64,000 nt of DNA from Bacillota bacterium (GCA_963666425.2 OY762825.2:2720001-2784000); one strand, 5' to 3'; shown: positions 9,401-19,281, counted from the stretch's first letter. Made by a program: numbers and translations. Notes: a model not told the origin generated them from the sequence alone.

Positions 9401-10585
9401 ATGGAGTATATTTTTGCAAAGCGAATCTCATCGCTTCAGCCTTCAGCGATCCGGGAAATCTTAAAAGCGACAGCGAATCCAAAAATCATCCCCTTTGCTG
9501 CAGGTAACCCGGCGCCGGAAGCATTCCCTGTGCAAGCGATCGTGCGCTTCACCGAAGAAATTTATGCAGAAAATCCAATTTCAGCGCTGCAATATTCTTT
9601 ATCGGAAGGTTATCCCGCTTTACGGGAAACATTAAAAGGATACCTGAAACAAAACTTTAATATTGGCCGCGAGTTCGACTCGATCAATATTGTTTCCGGC
9701 GGACAGCAAGTAATGGATTTTGCTGCCAAAGTCCTCTGCAATGAAGGCGATACGGTTATCTGTGAAGATCCCAGTTTTATCGGCAGCCTGAATACTTTTC
9801 GTTCCTATGATTTAAACCTGGTAGGTTTACCCATGGAGGAGGATGGTATCCGTCCGGAAGACCTGGAAACGGCTTTAAAAAGTAATCCCAGAACTAAACT
9901 GATTTATTTAATTCCCAATTTTCAGAATCCAACCGGCCGAACCATGAGCCTTGCCAAACGGAAAGCCGTCTATGAGTTGGCTGTTAAATACAATGTCATG
10001 ATTCTGGAAGACAATCCTTATGGTGAATTGCGTTTTAGCGGCACAGCGGTGCCTGCCATCAAATCGTTCGATGAAGCCGGTGCAGTGATTTATGCCGGTA
10101 GTTTTTCTAAGGTGATCGCCCCCGGCATCCGGGTTGGATTTGTTTGCGCACCGTCAGTCATCACGGCAAAAATGACCATCGCGAAACAAGCCAGCGATGT
10201 GCATACCAATATTTTAGCACAGATGGTCTGCGATCGGCTGTTAACCAAGTATGATTTTCTGGCGCATTTGGAAAATCTACGTCAGATTTATCGCCGCAAA
10301 GCGGAATTGATGTTAGCTCAGCTAGATGAGTATATGCCAAGTGTGGTTCATACCGTACCCGAGGGGGGCCTTTTCGTTTGGTGTTACCTTCCGGCAGGAA
10401 TCGATATAACCACGTTTGCGCGCGAAGCTCTGCTCAATCAGGTAGCTGTCGTACCGGGTAATAATTTCTTTACGGATTCCACTCAACCCACACAGGCAGT
10501 ACGCCTAAATTATTCCACACCGACTGATGAGCAAATTATAAAGGGAATTCAGATTCTTGCCAAACTCTTAAACGAGTGGAAATAA
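9401..10585 (+). CDS. PLP-dependent aminotransferase class I/II (LysN/ARO8-like, no HTH)
   Basis: SAIREILK, FAAGNP, PNFQNPTG, EDNPY and the PLP-lysine motif SFSKVIAPGIRVG. RBS AGGAG precedes ATG 9401. Confidence 0.88.
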   Translation: MEYIFAKRISSLQPSAIREILKATANPKIIPFAAGNPAPEAFPVQAIVRFTEEIYAENPISALQYSLSEGYPALRETLKGYLKQNFNIGREFDSINIVSGGQQVMDFAAKVLCNEGDTVICEDPSFIGSLNTFRSYDLNLVGLPMEEDGIRPEDLETALKSNPRTKLIYLIPNFQNPTGRTMSLAKRKAVYELAVKYNVMILEDNPYGELRFSGTAVPAIKSFDEAGAVIYAGSFSKVIAPGIRVGFVCAPSVITAKMTIAKQASDVHTNILAQMVCDRLLTKYDFLAHLENLRQIYRRKAELMLAQLDEYMPSVVHTVPEGGLFVWCYLPAGIDITTFAREALLNQVAVVPGNNFFTDSTQPTQAVRLNYSTPTDEQIIKGIQILAKLLNEWK

Positions 10586-10674
10586 ACAGGCAGGGTTGAT
10601 CCCGTAACGACTGGGCCGTCTCAATGCTTGAGATGGCCTCTCTATTTGAAGCGCTGTTGAAGGAGGGATACTGC

Positions 10675-11598
10675 ATGCCGCGCGGAAGACACAATAGAAA
10701 GCATGTAAAAAAGGGATCTCACGGGTTTTTTCTTTTGTTGATCAGCATGACTGCAGCCTTAATCCTGGGATTTTTCCTCAGCCCGCTGGTGATCAAATGG
10801 ATTGATAAGGATTTCTCGAGCCCTGTTTTAACCGATTTCAGCCAGACGCTGCAAACGACGAAGGATTATTTTCAGCAATCTTTCTCCTTCCTAACCGAAT
10901 TCGTCACCGCGAAATCCGGCGATGCCAAGCAAGAGGAGCAGAAAACAACCGATCAATCCAAATCAGCAGCAAATACAGAGAACCAGACTGCCAAGCCAGA
11001 ACAGGAGCAGCCAAGTGTGCAGAAGCCGGCCGCTTCTTATCTGCTGCAGTTTGCCGCTTATGAGGTCAAATCGATTCGGGTTGCAACCATTGCTTCGGAG
11101 GAGAGAGCCAAGACTGAGCTGATTACTCTGGCCGAGAAAGGGTTTTCTGCCAGCGTGGTCAGAAGCGGAGAATATGCCGCGGTGCAGGTAGGCGCTTTTT
11201 TGAGCGAAGCAGAAGCGAAACCGTCCTTATTGCAATTGCAGGCGGATGATTATCCCGATGCCTATCTCACATCGTGGCAGATCAAATCCACCAGCGTCAA
11301 ACGAAATTATGCGGAACAGGCACTGGATCCCATCGGCAATGCCGTACAAGGGTTAGATGCGGCGTTGGCTGCCAGCCTGTCGGCTGAATCATCGGTCAAG
11401 CCGGAAGTGATCCGGCAGAGAGTGGAAGCACTGCAAAATGCGCCAGTCCAATTCAGCCGTCAGGAACAACAAACACTCTGGCAGCAGTCTCTACAAGGCT
11501 TGCTGACTTATCTGCAAGACAGCGGAACCGAAAAATCCAATCAGCGGCTGCAGTTAATTGAAGCAATTTTAACACTGCGCAGCTGGTGCACGCCATAA
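10675..11598 (+). CDS. Membrane-anchored SPOR-domain protein
   Basis: Basic N-terminus, one TM helix, a Q/T-rich linker and the SPOR-like motif VQVGAFLSEAEA. RBS AAGGAGG precedes ATG 10675. Confidence 0.7.
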   Translation: MPRGRHNRKHVKKGSHGFFLLLISMTAALILGFFLSPLVIKWIDKDFSSPVLTDFSQTLQTTKDYFQQSFSFLTEFVTAKSGDAKQEEQKTTDQSKSAANTENQTAKPEQEQPSVQKPAASYLLQFAAYEVKSIRVATIASEERAKTELITLAEKGFSASVVRSGEYAAVQVGAFLSEAEAKPSLLQLQADDYPDAYLTSWQIKSTSVKRNYAEQALDPIGNAVQGLDAALAASLSAESSVKPEVIRQRVEALQNAPVQFSRQEQQTLWQQSLQGLLTYLQDSGTEKSNQRLQLIEAILTLRSWCTP

Positions 11599-11614
11599 AT
11601 CGAGGTGATAGCAT

Positions 11615-11923
11615 TTGACCGAAAAAGCAATGGCCGTCCAGAAAATTCTTTTTTCTATTCCTGCTGCTCAAACGCAGGAATTTTCTTTGCTTTGGCAAAG
11701 CATGCTTAAGTGGTCAGCGGCAAAACAGATTTGGTTGCCCGAACCGGAACTGGATTACATGCTGTCCGACGAGCCTTTTTATTTCCTACAGCTGTGCACG
11801 CCGCCTTGGCCAACCATCGTTTATCGGGTCAGAAATCAGGAGGACCTTGAGCTGATCTGTAATCAGCATTTACGAAAGAGACAGATTCCTGCTCGTTTTG
11901 TGGAGAAAATAATATTCCAATAA
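11615..11923 (+). CDS. Small hypothetical protein, possibly a degenerate thioredoxin-like ferredoxin fold
   Basis: RBS GAGGTG precedes TTG. The C-terminus YRVRNQEDLELICNQHLRKRQIPARF resembles the end of thioredoxin-like [2Fe-2S] ferredoxins. Confidence 0.55.
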   Translation: MTEKAMAVQKILFSIPAAQTQEFSLLWQSMLKWSAAKQIWLPEPELDYMLSDEPFYFLQLCTPPWPTIVYRVRNQEDLELICNQHLRKRQIPARFVEKIIFQ

Positions 11924-11934
11924 TATAAGTGCTA

Positions 11935-11943
11935 TGCTATAAT
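11935..11943 (+). promoter_or_regulatory. Extended -10 promoter of the rnf operon
   Basis: TGcTATAAT about 60 nt upstream of the rnfC start. Confidence 0.6.
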
Positions 11944-12001
11944 GTAAAAGTATGAAAATTCTTAGGATTTTATCATAATTATTTGGTAAGAGGTGACTTT
12001 T

Positions 12002-13324
12002 ATGCGCTTAAAGACATTCAAAGGCGGTATTCATCCTCCGGCAAACAAACTGACATCCAAGATGCCATTGTTCACGCTGCCTGCTCCCAAACAGGTTGTG
12101 ATTGCGCTGCAGCAGCACATTGGCGCACCGTGTCAGCCTTTGGTCAAAGTGGGGGATTTGGTGCTGATGGGGCAAAAGATCGGAGAACACCCGGCAGCCA
12201 TCAGTGCGCCGGTCCATTCCAGTGTTTCCGGCAAAGTGGTTGCGATCGGTCCGGTCAATTTTTCCAATGGTAAAACTGTCAATGCAATTACCATTGCCAA
12301 TGATGGCCTGGACACCAAAGCAGAGCCGATTGGTGCGGGCAAAACCCTTGCAGAGCTGACGGAGCTGGAGATTCGCAGTATGATCCGCGAAGCCGGTATC
12401 GTCGGTATGGGTGGCGCCGGATTTCCTACTGCCGCTAAGTTAACCGTTCCTGCAGAGAAAAAGATCGAGATGCTGGTCATCAACGGGGTCGAATGTGAAC
12501 CTTATTTAACCTGTGATCATCGCGTCATACTGGAACAATCGTCTGTGATCCTGAACGGGATCAAAGCGCTGATGAAGGCAACCGGTGCCGGTCATGCCTA
12601 TATCGGTGTCAAAATTACCATGGAAGGTGCTATTGAAGAACTGCATGAAGCCGTGCTGATGGAAAAAGGTATTGATGTGGTACCGCTGGCTTCCAAATAC
12701 CCACAAGGAGAAGAGCGGCAGTTGATCTATGCGATTACCGGCCGCGAAGTACCTTCAGGCGGTCTGCCTTTGGATGTCGGTATCGTGGTCTGTAATATCG
12801 GCACCGCTTGGGCGGTCGGACATTTAATGGAAACGGGTATGCCGTTGATTGAACGTGCGGTCACCGTTACCGGCGCTGTCAAAACCCCGAGTAATTTCAT
12901 GGCGCGTGTTGGCGTTATGGTCAGCGATTTAATCGAAGCGGCCGGCGGTTATGCGGAAGAACCGGGCAGCGTGATCATGGGTGGACCGATGACCGGGTTG
13001 CCGCAGTTTACCACGGAGATTCCCTTCACAAAGCAAAACACCGGTATTCTTGTGCTGAGCAAAAATGAAATTCAGCCCGCTCCGATGACAGACTGTATCC
13101 ATTGCGGCAGCTGTATTGAGGCTTGCGCTTATCGCTTGATGCCGCTCTATCTGGCAAAATACGCCGCTGCCGGTAATACGGCTGGGCTCGAGAAATACAA
13201 CATTTTAGATTGCCGTGAATGCGGTTCCTGTGCTTATGTTTGTCCTGCCAAATTACCTTTGATGCATTATATGAAGGTCGGCAAAGGTTACGTGACAGCC
13301 AAGCGCGCTGCGGATAAAAAATAG
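12002..13324 (+). CDS. rnfC: Rnf electron transport complex subunit C
   Basis: TFKGGIHP, QHIGAP, GIVGMGGAGFPT, NGVECEPYLTCD, YPQGEE, GGPMTG and two CxxCxxCxxxC 4Fe-4S motifs. Confidence 0.95.
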   Translation: MRLKTFKGGIHPPANKLTSKMPLFTLPAPKQVVIALQQHIGAPCQPLVKVGDLVLMGQKIGEHPAAISAPVHSSVSGKVVAIGPVNFSNGKTVNAITIANDGLDTKAEPIGAGKTLAELTELEIRSMIREAGIVGMGGAGFPTAAKLTVPAEKKIEMLVINGVECEPYLTCDHRVILEQSSVILNGIKALMKATGAGHAYIGVKITMEGAIEELHEAVLMEKGIDVVPLASKYPQGEERQLIYAITGREVPSGGLPLDVGIVVCNIGTAWAVGHLMETGMPLIERAVTVTGAVKTPSNFMARVGVMVSDLIEAAGGYAEEPGSVIMGGPMTGLPQFTTEIPFTKQNTGILVLSKNEIQPAPMTDCIHCGSCIEACAYRLMPLYLAKYAAAGNTAGLEKYNILDCRECGSCAYVCPAKLPLMHYMKVGKGYVTAKRAADKK

Positions 13325-13345
13325 GGCGGAAGGAGCGAAATAGAA

Positions 13346-14296
13346 ATGGAACAAACAAAACTAGTGATACAAAATGCACCTCATATTCGTTCGCCCTTGA
13401 ACACGCAAAAAATCATGTATTATGTGATTTTCGCTTTGGTTCCGGCTGCGGCAGCAGGTGTCTTTTTCTTTGGGATTCGTGCTCTTGTGCATCTTTTACT
13501 AAGCATCCTCTTTGCTGTACTGACGGAAGCGTTGGTACAGAAATTGGTGCATAAACCGATCACCATCCGGGACGGTTCTGCCATCTTGACCGGCTTGCTG
13601 TTGGGGATGAATCTTCCGGTGGCTGCTCCGCTTTGGATCGGTCCGGTAGGTGCCGCTTTTGCCATTGCGGTTGTCAAGCAAGCGTTTGGCGGCTTAGGAC
13701 ATAACTTTATGAATCCTGCCCTGGCGGCGCGCGCCATGATGTTGGCTGCTTGGCCGGCGAGCATGACAACCTGGACGACGCCCTTTGACGGTGTCGCCAC
13801 AGCAACTCCTCTCGCTATCATGAAATCAGGTCTTTCTGGTGCAACAGCGCTGCCGACGTATTGGAATATGTTTATCGGAAATATTGGCGGCTGTATTGGC
13901 GAAACCTCCGCTTTGGCCTTGCTTTTAGGCGGTATTTTTCTGATTTATAAAGAAGTCATCGACTATCGAATTCCCTTGGCCTATATGGCGACCGTCTTTC
14001 TCTTTGGCAGTGTTTTCGGTAAAAATGGTTTTGATTCCGGTTTATTTTATTTACTGGCCGGTGGTGTGATGTTAGGCTCGATCTTCATGGCAACCGATTA
14101 TGTCTCTTCTCCCGCTACGGTACGCGGACGCTGGATTTACGGCATTGGCTGCGGCTTGATCACCATGCTGATCCGTCTTTGGGGGTCTTATCCCGAAGGT
14201 GCCTCCTTCTCCATTTTATTGATGAATATTGCTGCTCCTTTGATTGAGAAATTCACTACACCAAAGAAGTTTGGGGAGGTGGCAAAAAAGAAATGA
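13346..14296 (+). CDS. rnfD: Rnf complex subunit D
   Basis: APHIR, KQAFGGLGHNFMNPAL, the FMN-Thr motif ATATPL, GCIGETSA and FMATDY. Confidence 0.95.
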   Translation: MEQTKLVIQNAPHIRSPLNTQKIMYYVIFALVPAAAAGVFFFGIRALVHLLLSILFAVLTEALVQKLVHKPITIRDGSAILTGLLLGMNLPVAAPLWIGPVGAAFAIAVVKQAFGGLGHNFMNPALAARAMMLAAWPASMTTWTTPFDGVATATPLAIMKSGLSGATALPTYWNMFIGNIGGCIGETSALALLLGGIFLIYKEVIDYRIPLAYMATVFLFGSVFGKNGFDSGLFYLLAGGVMLGSIFMATDYVSSPATVRGRWIYGIGCGLITMLIRLWGSYPEGASFSILLMNIAAPLIEKFTTPKKFGEVAKKK

Positions 14297-14898
14297 AAAA
14301 CAAGTATTGGAACGCAATCAGCAATGGTATTCTCGGTGAAAACCCATTATTCCGTCTGGTTTTGGGCACCTGTCCTTCGTTGGCAACCACAACCGCGGTG
14401 GATAACGCTTTCTGGATGGGATTGATGGTTATTTTTGTCCTGACTTTTTCCAATGTCTTTATTTCGATGATGCGGAAAGTGATTCCGGATAAAATTCGTA
14501 TTCCCAGTTTTGTCATTATTATCGCAACGCTGGTAACCGTAGTAGATCTGTTCATGAAAGCCTATATGCCTGCCATGCATGCCACGCTCGGTATTTTTAT
14601 TCCTTTGATCGTGGTAAACTGTATCATTTTAGCCAGAGCGGAGAGCTTTGCTTACAAGAATGGCGTCTTCGTTTCTGCCTGTGATGGTTTCGGTATGGGC
14701 TTAGGTTATATGCTGGCTCTGATCATCGTCTCTTCCATCCGGGAACTGTTGGGCAACGGTTCTTTCTTTGGCGTCGATCTTTTGGGAGTGAATTTCCCGG
14801 CCGCCAAGGTGATGGTGCAGGCTCCCGGCGCGTTTTTAACTTTGGGTATGATCCTTGGCATTATTAAACTAATCACCAATCGCAGAAAAGCGGAGTAG
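14293..14898 (+). CDS. rnfE: Rnf complex subunit E
   Basis: ENPLFRLVLGTCPSLA, IRIP, LGIFIPLIVVNCIILARAE and PGAF. ATGA overlap with rnfD. Confidence 0.95.
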   Translation: MKNKYWNAISNGILGENPLFRLVLGTCPSLATTTAVDNAFWMGLMVIFVLTFSNVFISMMRKVIPDKIRIPSFVIIIATLVTVVDLFMKAYMPAMHATLGIFIPLIVVNCIILARAESFAYKNGVFVSACDGFGMGLGYMLALIIVSSIRELLGNGSFFGVDLLGVNFPAAKVMVQAPGAFLTLGMILGIIKLITNRRKAE

Positions 14899-14912
14899 AG
14901 GAGGGGAATCAA

Positions 14913-15503
14913 ATGGGAATTGTTTCATTACTGATATCCGGTATTCTGATCAATAATTACATTTTTGTCAAATTCTTGGGCATTTGTTCCTTCCTTGGCT
15001 GCTCGGATCAAGTCGATACCGCAGTCGGTATGGGGATCGCGGTTACCTTTGTCATGACGGCAGCCTGCGCCGTGACCTGGTTGGTGCAGCATTACATTCT
15101 CAATTTGTTCCATATTGAATATATGCAGACGGTCACCTTTATCCTGGTGATTGCCGCACTGGTTCAATTCGTGGAAATGGTCATCAAAAAAGTAAGTCCC
15201 ACGCTCTATCGGGCTTTGGGTGTTTATCTGCCTTTGATCACCACCAATTGCGCCGTTTTAGGCTGCGCCGTTTTGAATATCCAACAGGATTATAATTTCT
15301 TCTATTCTATGGTCAGCGGATTTGCTTATGCTTTGGGTTATTTCCTGGCGATTACCCTGATGGCTGGGGTTCGGGAGAAATTGATTTTTTCCAGCATTCC
15401 GGAATCTCTGCAGGGATTTCCCATTTCTTTTATCATTACAGGTCTGATGGCCATTTCTTTTTATGGTTTTCAGGGCTTATTCCAGGATCTATTAACATTG
15501 TAA
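14913..15503 (+). CDS. rnfA: Rnf complex subunit A
   Basis: [23 protein letters not shown] and [16 protein letters not shown]. Confidence 0.95.
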   Translation: MGIVSLLISGILINNYIFVKFLGICSFLGCSDQVDTAVGMGIAVTFVMTAACAVTWLVQHYILNLFHIEYMQTVTFILVIAALVQFVEMVIKKVSPTLYRALGVYLPLITTNCAVLGCAVLNIQQDYNFFYSMVSGFAYALGYFLAITLMAGVREKLIFSSIPESLQGFPISFIITGLMAISFYGFQGLFQDLLTL

Positions 15504-15516
15504 AGGGGGCTGTTCC

Positions 15517-16527
15517 ATGCTATCCAGTATTCTATCTCTTGGTGCTTTAGGAGCAGCTTTTGGCTGCCTGCTTGCGTATGCCGGTACTAAATTTGCAGTA
15601 GAAGTAGATCCCAAGGTAGAAGCGATTCAGGGTGTGCTGCCGGGTGCCAATTGTGGTGCCTGCGGCCGTCCCGGCTGTGCCGCAATGGCAGCCGCTATCG
15701 CTAAAGGAGAGGCGCCGGTCAATGCCTGTCCCGTAGGCGGTACTGCCGTAGCCGCTAAAATCAGTGAGCTGATGGGTACGAGTGTTCCGCTTGGTACCGA
15801 TGTTAAGGTCGCTTGCGTCATGTGCAGCGGTGGCTGCACTCAGAGAGCAAATTATCAGGGGATTCCTTCCTGCCGGGCGGCTAATCTGGTCGGCGGCGGT
15901 GTGGAATCTTGTGCTTATGGCTGCCTGGGGTATGGCGATTGCGTGCGGGTTTGTCCCTTTGATGCGATTCAGATGACTAGTGACGGGGTTCCCTTCATCG
16001 ATGAAGAGAAATGTCAAAACTGCGGTTTATGTATCAAAGAGTGTCCCAAGCAGTTGATTATGACGGTGCCAAAAGCTGCCGCAGTGCATGTCAATTGTTC
16101 TTCGCAGGATATCGGCGTAGCGGTACGCAAAACAAACTGTAATACCGGCTGTATTGGCTGCGGTATCTGTGAAAAGACCTGTCCTTTCGGCGCCATCAAG
16201 GTGATCAAAGATGTCAATGACGAAACATGGCAGAAAGCCAATCCACGCAAATTGCGCAATATTGCCGTGATTGATTACAGTAAATGCCGCAGCTGCGGTT
16301 TGTGCGTCAGTAAATGCCCCACCCATGCGCTGGTGATCGAAGAATATAAAAAACACGATAAACCGATCATTGGAGATAACTGTATGGGCTGCTCACTCTG
16401 TGCCCGAAATTGTCCGGTGGGTGCAGTGACAGGTGAATTGAAACAAAAACATCGGATTGATCCGGATAAATGCATTGCCTGCGGTCTTTGTGTAGACAAA
16501 TGTCCCAAAAAGGCGATCAGTTATTAG
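15517..16527 (+). CDS. rnfB: Rnf complex subunit B (polyferredoxin type)
   Basis: N-terminal TM helix, [14 protein letters not shown] and multiple CxxCxxCxxxCP motifs. Confidence 0.93.
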   Translation: MLSSILSLGALGAAFGCLLAYAGTKFAVEVDPKVEAIQGVLPGANCGACGRPGCAAMAAAIAKGEAPVNACPVGGTAVAAKISELMGTSVPLGTDVKVACVMCSGGCTQRANYQGIPSCRAANLVGGGVESCAYGCLGYGDCVRVCPFDAIQMTSDGVPFIDEEKCQNCGLCIKECPKQLIMTVPKAAAVHVNCSSQDIGVAVRKTNCNTGCIGCGICEKTCPFGAIKVIKDVNDETWQKANPRKLRNIAVIDYSKCRSCGLCVSKCPTHALVIEEYKKHDKPIIGDNCMGCSLCARNCPVGAVTGELKQKHRIDPDKCIACGLCVDKCPKKAISY

Positions 16528-16560
16528 TCGGACAATTTTAATAAAATCGATAGAGCCTAC

Positions 16561-16599
16561 AAAAAATCCCGCCGCGGTTATCGCAGCGGGATTTTTTTT
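16561..16599. terminator. Bidirectional intrinsic terminator (rnfB/cdd)
   Basis: AAAAAATCCCGC...GCGGGATTTTTTTT between convergent genes. Confidence 0.85.
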
Positions 16600-16615
16600 A
16601 ACAGTTTGGTTTTGA

Positions 16616-17005
16616 CTAGAGATTTTTACCGGTGAACGCTTCCGGCAGCAATTCTCTCAAGGAATAGCATTTGAGCTCACCTCTGGTATTGCCTACAATC
16701 ACGCGTAAATCCAGATTGAATTCGGCCAACAACTGACGGCAGATGCCGCAGGGAAAGGCAAATTCACCCGAAGAAGCACTGATCGCAATCGTGGTAAAAT
16801 CCTGCTCGCCTGCTGAGACGGCCTTGGCTAAAGCGGTTCGTTCGGCGCAAAGTGTTGCGCTGTAAGCAGCGCTCTCAATATTGCAGCCGCCATAGACCGT
16901 ACCGTTTTTGCAAAGCAGGGCTGCTCCCACACAAAAATGAGAATAGGGTGCATAAGCAAATTGCTGTTGCGCAACGGAGAATTGGTAAAGCTGTTGATCA
17001 GTCAT
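16616..17005 (-). CDS. cdd: Homotetrameric cytidine deaminase
   Basis: AYAPYSHFCVGAAL, GCNIE, and the zinc motifs CAERTA and PCGICRQ. Confidence 0.93.
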   Translation of the reverse strand: MTDQQLYQFSVAQQQFAYAPYSHFCVGAALLCKNGTVYGGCNIESAAYSATLCAERTALAKAVSAGEQDFTTIAISASSGEFAFPCGICRQLLAEFNLDLRVIVGNTRGELKCYSLRELLPEAFTGKNL

Positions 17006-17022
17006 GATAACCTCCGTATCGT

Positions 17023-17889
17023 TTATTTTGCCAGATATTCTGTGATGATCTGACGGTAATCCTGCGCGGCTGAACTCGCGGTATAGGCTTTTTGATTGGC
17101 GCTGGAATTTTTCTGAAACTGGATCAGGTTGGCGAAAAGGCCGCCATTTTTTGCTGCTGTGTTGCCGTATAAATAATAAGGCACGACATCAAAGAGCGTA
17201 TGTTTGAGGATGTCGGTGGTGGCATAATTATAAGTACCTAAATTATCGTAAGGATCCGCTGTTTCTGTCAAAGCCCGGGCTGAACCGGGTTGGTTCAGGT
17301 CCTCCGCTTTCCGAAAAACCAATTCAAAACTTTTATCGGCAGAAGCAAACTTCAGATTAAAAATGCCGTCCGGTCCATTCAGATGAAAAAGAGAATTTTC
17401 TGCTGTATAGAGAATCCAGGCATCCGGATGCGTGTTTTGGTACTCTTTCAGCTGTTCAAGGTTCGCGATAGACAGGATTAGTTGATTGCGCAGATAATGC
17501 AGCTGCTGATTGGGGATACGGCCGCTCTGCGTCACGAGTTCGCTGATCCATTTGCAATAAGCTAAATAGTCGGCGTTGTCCGGAGTCAACTGCGTTGGAT
17601 CGTTCAGCAAGGCAGCGCTGTCCCGCCAGACGAAATATAAGAGTTCCCGATTGCTATATTGGGGATGCTGCTGCACTGTGGTCAGGTAATTGGCAAAGGA
17701 CAGTTCCATCGGTAAGTTTTCCTGCCAGTTCTGGTAAGATTTCTCAAGGCTCTCATCCTGAAAGGAGTACGGAAAGACAGTGTTCACAAAATAGACCAGT
17801 AAAAGAAATAGGGTAAGCAGCAGCAGTTTGGCAACATGGTGCGGTTTTCCTGCAATCTGATCGGCTTTGGCAAAGGCTTCTGGCATCAA
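17023..17889 (-). CDS. Membrane-anchored hypothetical protein with a conserved-looking His/Asp-rich C-domain
   Basis: N-terminal TM helix. Motifs HYLRN, SLFH, NLKFASAD, GTYNY and HTLFDVVPYYLYGN. Confidence 0.7.
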   Translation of the reverse strand: MMPEAFAKADQIAGKPHHVAKLLLLTLFLLLVYFVNTVFPYSFQDESLEKSYQNWQENLPMELSFANYLTTVQQHPQYSNRELLYFVWRDSAALLNDPTQLTPDNADYLAYCKWISELVTQSGRIPNQQLHYLRNQLILSIANLEQLKEYQNTHPDAWILYTAENSLFHLNGPDGIFNLKFASADKSFELVFRKAEDLNQPGSARALTETADPYDNLGTYNYATTDILKHTLFDVVPYYLYGNTAAKNGGLFANLIQFQKNSSANQKAYTASSAAQDYRQIITEYLAK

Positions 17890-18057
17890 GATACCCCACT
17901 TTCACGCTGAATAGACACTATTTCGCTTATCAATAGAAAAAATCCTGCTTCCTGAGTAAGGGAAGCAGCGGCTGAAAACAAAATAGAAGCTGAAAAGGGA
18001 TTGAATCCAGAGCCATCGAAATAGGAACTCATGATAGGATGAAAAGGAAGGGACGCT

Positions 18058-19281
18058 ATGGATGAGCATACGGCAAATGACGCCCACAAGATCCTGAAAA
18101 AAAACAAACAGCAAGCGCAGCAGGCAGACAGTTCCTCTTACCCGGAGGATTATCAAATCATCGACGGTGAATTGTGGACTGCGCGTCAGCGGCAGATGAG
18201 TTCGCTGCATGAAATATCGTACCGAGCTTGTTTTAAAGCGGAGCTGCCGGAGTATTTTATTTCGCGGTTCTCTTCACCGCAGGATGTCGTTTATGATCCC
18301 TTTGCCGGCCGCGGGACCACGGCCGTGCAAGCCGCGCTGATGGGGCGTCGTTTTATCGCCAATGATATCAATCCGCTGATGCAGATTTTGGCGCGCCCGC
18401 GGGTAGAACCACCCACGCTGCGGGCGGTGCAACAGCGCTTAGAGGAAATCGACTTAAGCTGCGGCGCAACAGCGGAAGCAGACGAACCGGATTTAAGCGT
18501 CTTTTATAATCAGACGACCTTAGAGGAATTGCGTTCACTGCGCCGTTATCTGGATTATCGCCGCCGCAGCGGTTTGGAGGACGCTTTGGATGAATGGATC
18601 CGTATGGTGGCAACCAACCGTCTCACGGGTCATTCCAAGGGCTTTTTCTCTGTTTATACCCTGCCGCCCAACCAAGCGGTTACCTCAGAGCGACAGCAAA
18701 TCATCAACCAACGCTACCGGAACGATTTCAGCATTTATCGCGATGTCAAAGCAATCATTCAGAAAAAAAGCAAAGCGCTGCTCAAAGAAATTCCCCATCC
18801 CTGGCCGGGGAAGGGCGGCGTTTTTCTCAATCAGGATGCCGCCAATACCTATGCGATTGAAGACAGCACGGTGAATCTGATCGTCACCTCACCGCCGTTT
18901 CTCGATACCGTCCAGTATCGCAACGATAACTGGCTGCGCTGTTGGTTTAATCATATCGATACCGAAGCAGTCGCGGCGCGGATGACAAATCTGCATAACT
19001 TGGAGCAATGGTCTAAAGTTATGACCGATGTTTTTCTGGAATTCAAACGCATCATGGTACCGGGAGCTTATGGCGCTTTCGAAGTCGGCGAAGTCCGCAA
19101 AGGGAAAATAGAATTGGATAAAACAGTGTTCAGCATGATTCGGGAAGTCGGTTTGATTCCACAGGCAACCTATATCAATCGGCAGCAGTTTACCAAAACC
19201 GCTAACATCTGGGGTGTTGCCAATAATCAAGGCGGGACTAACAGCAATCGCATCGTCGTGTTCCGCAAAGGGATCGACTAA
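18058..19281 (+). CDS. Site-specific DNA amino-methyltransferase (N4-C/N6-A), orphan
   Basis: SAM motif I YDPFAGRGTT precedes catalytic motif IV VTSPPF (alpha-like order). Confidence 0.85.
   Translation: MDEHTANDAHKILKKNKQQAQQADSSSYPEDYQIIDGELWTARQRQMSSLHEISYRACFKAELPEYFISRFSSPQDVVYDPFAGRGTTAVQAALMGRRFIANDINPLMQILARPRVEPPTLRAVQQRLEEIDLSCGATAEADEPDLSVFYNQTTLEELRSLRRYLDYRRRSGLEDALDEWIRMVATNRLTGHSKGFFSVYTLPPNQAVTSERQQIINQRYRNDFSIYRDVKAIIQKKSKALLKEIPHPWPGKGGVFLNQDAANTYAIEDSTVNLIVTSPPFLDTVQYRNDNWLRCWFNHIDTEAVAARMTNLHNLEQWSKVMTDVFLEFKRIMVPGAYGAFEVGEVRKGKIELDKTVFSMIREVGLIPQATYINRQQFTKTANIWGVANNQGGTNSNRIVVFRKGID

Noticed and set aside
10675-11598. SPOR protein as a substitute for RnfG
   Set aside because: It has a similar single-TM topology but no FMN-attachment (S/T)GAT motif, and it carries a SPOR-like motif.
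11951-11977. Rex operator upstream of rnfC
   Set aside because: The imperfect AT-rich palindrome does not match TTGTGAA-N4-TTCACAA and is too weak to call.
17023-17889. Restriction endonuclease partner of the DNA methyltransferase
   Set aside because: It has an N-terminal membrane anchor, is divergently transcribed, and has no recognisable PD-(D/E)xK or HNH motif.
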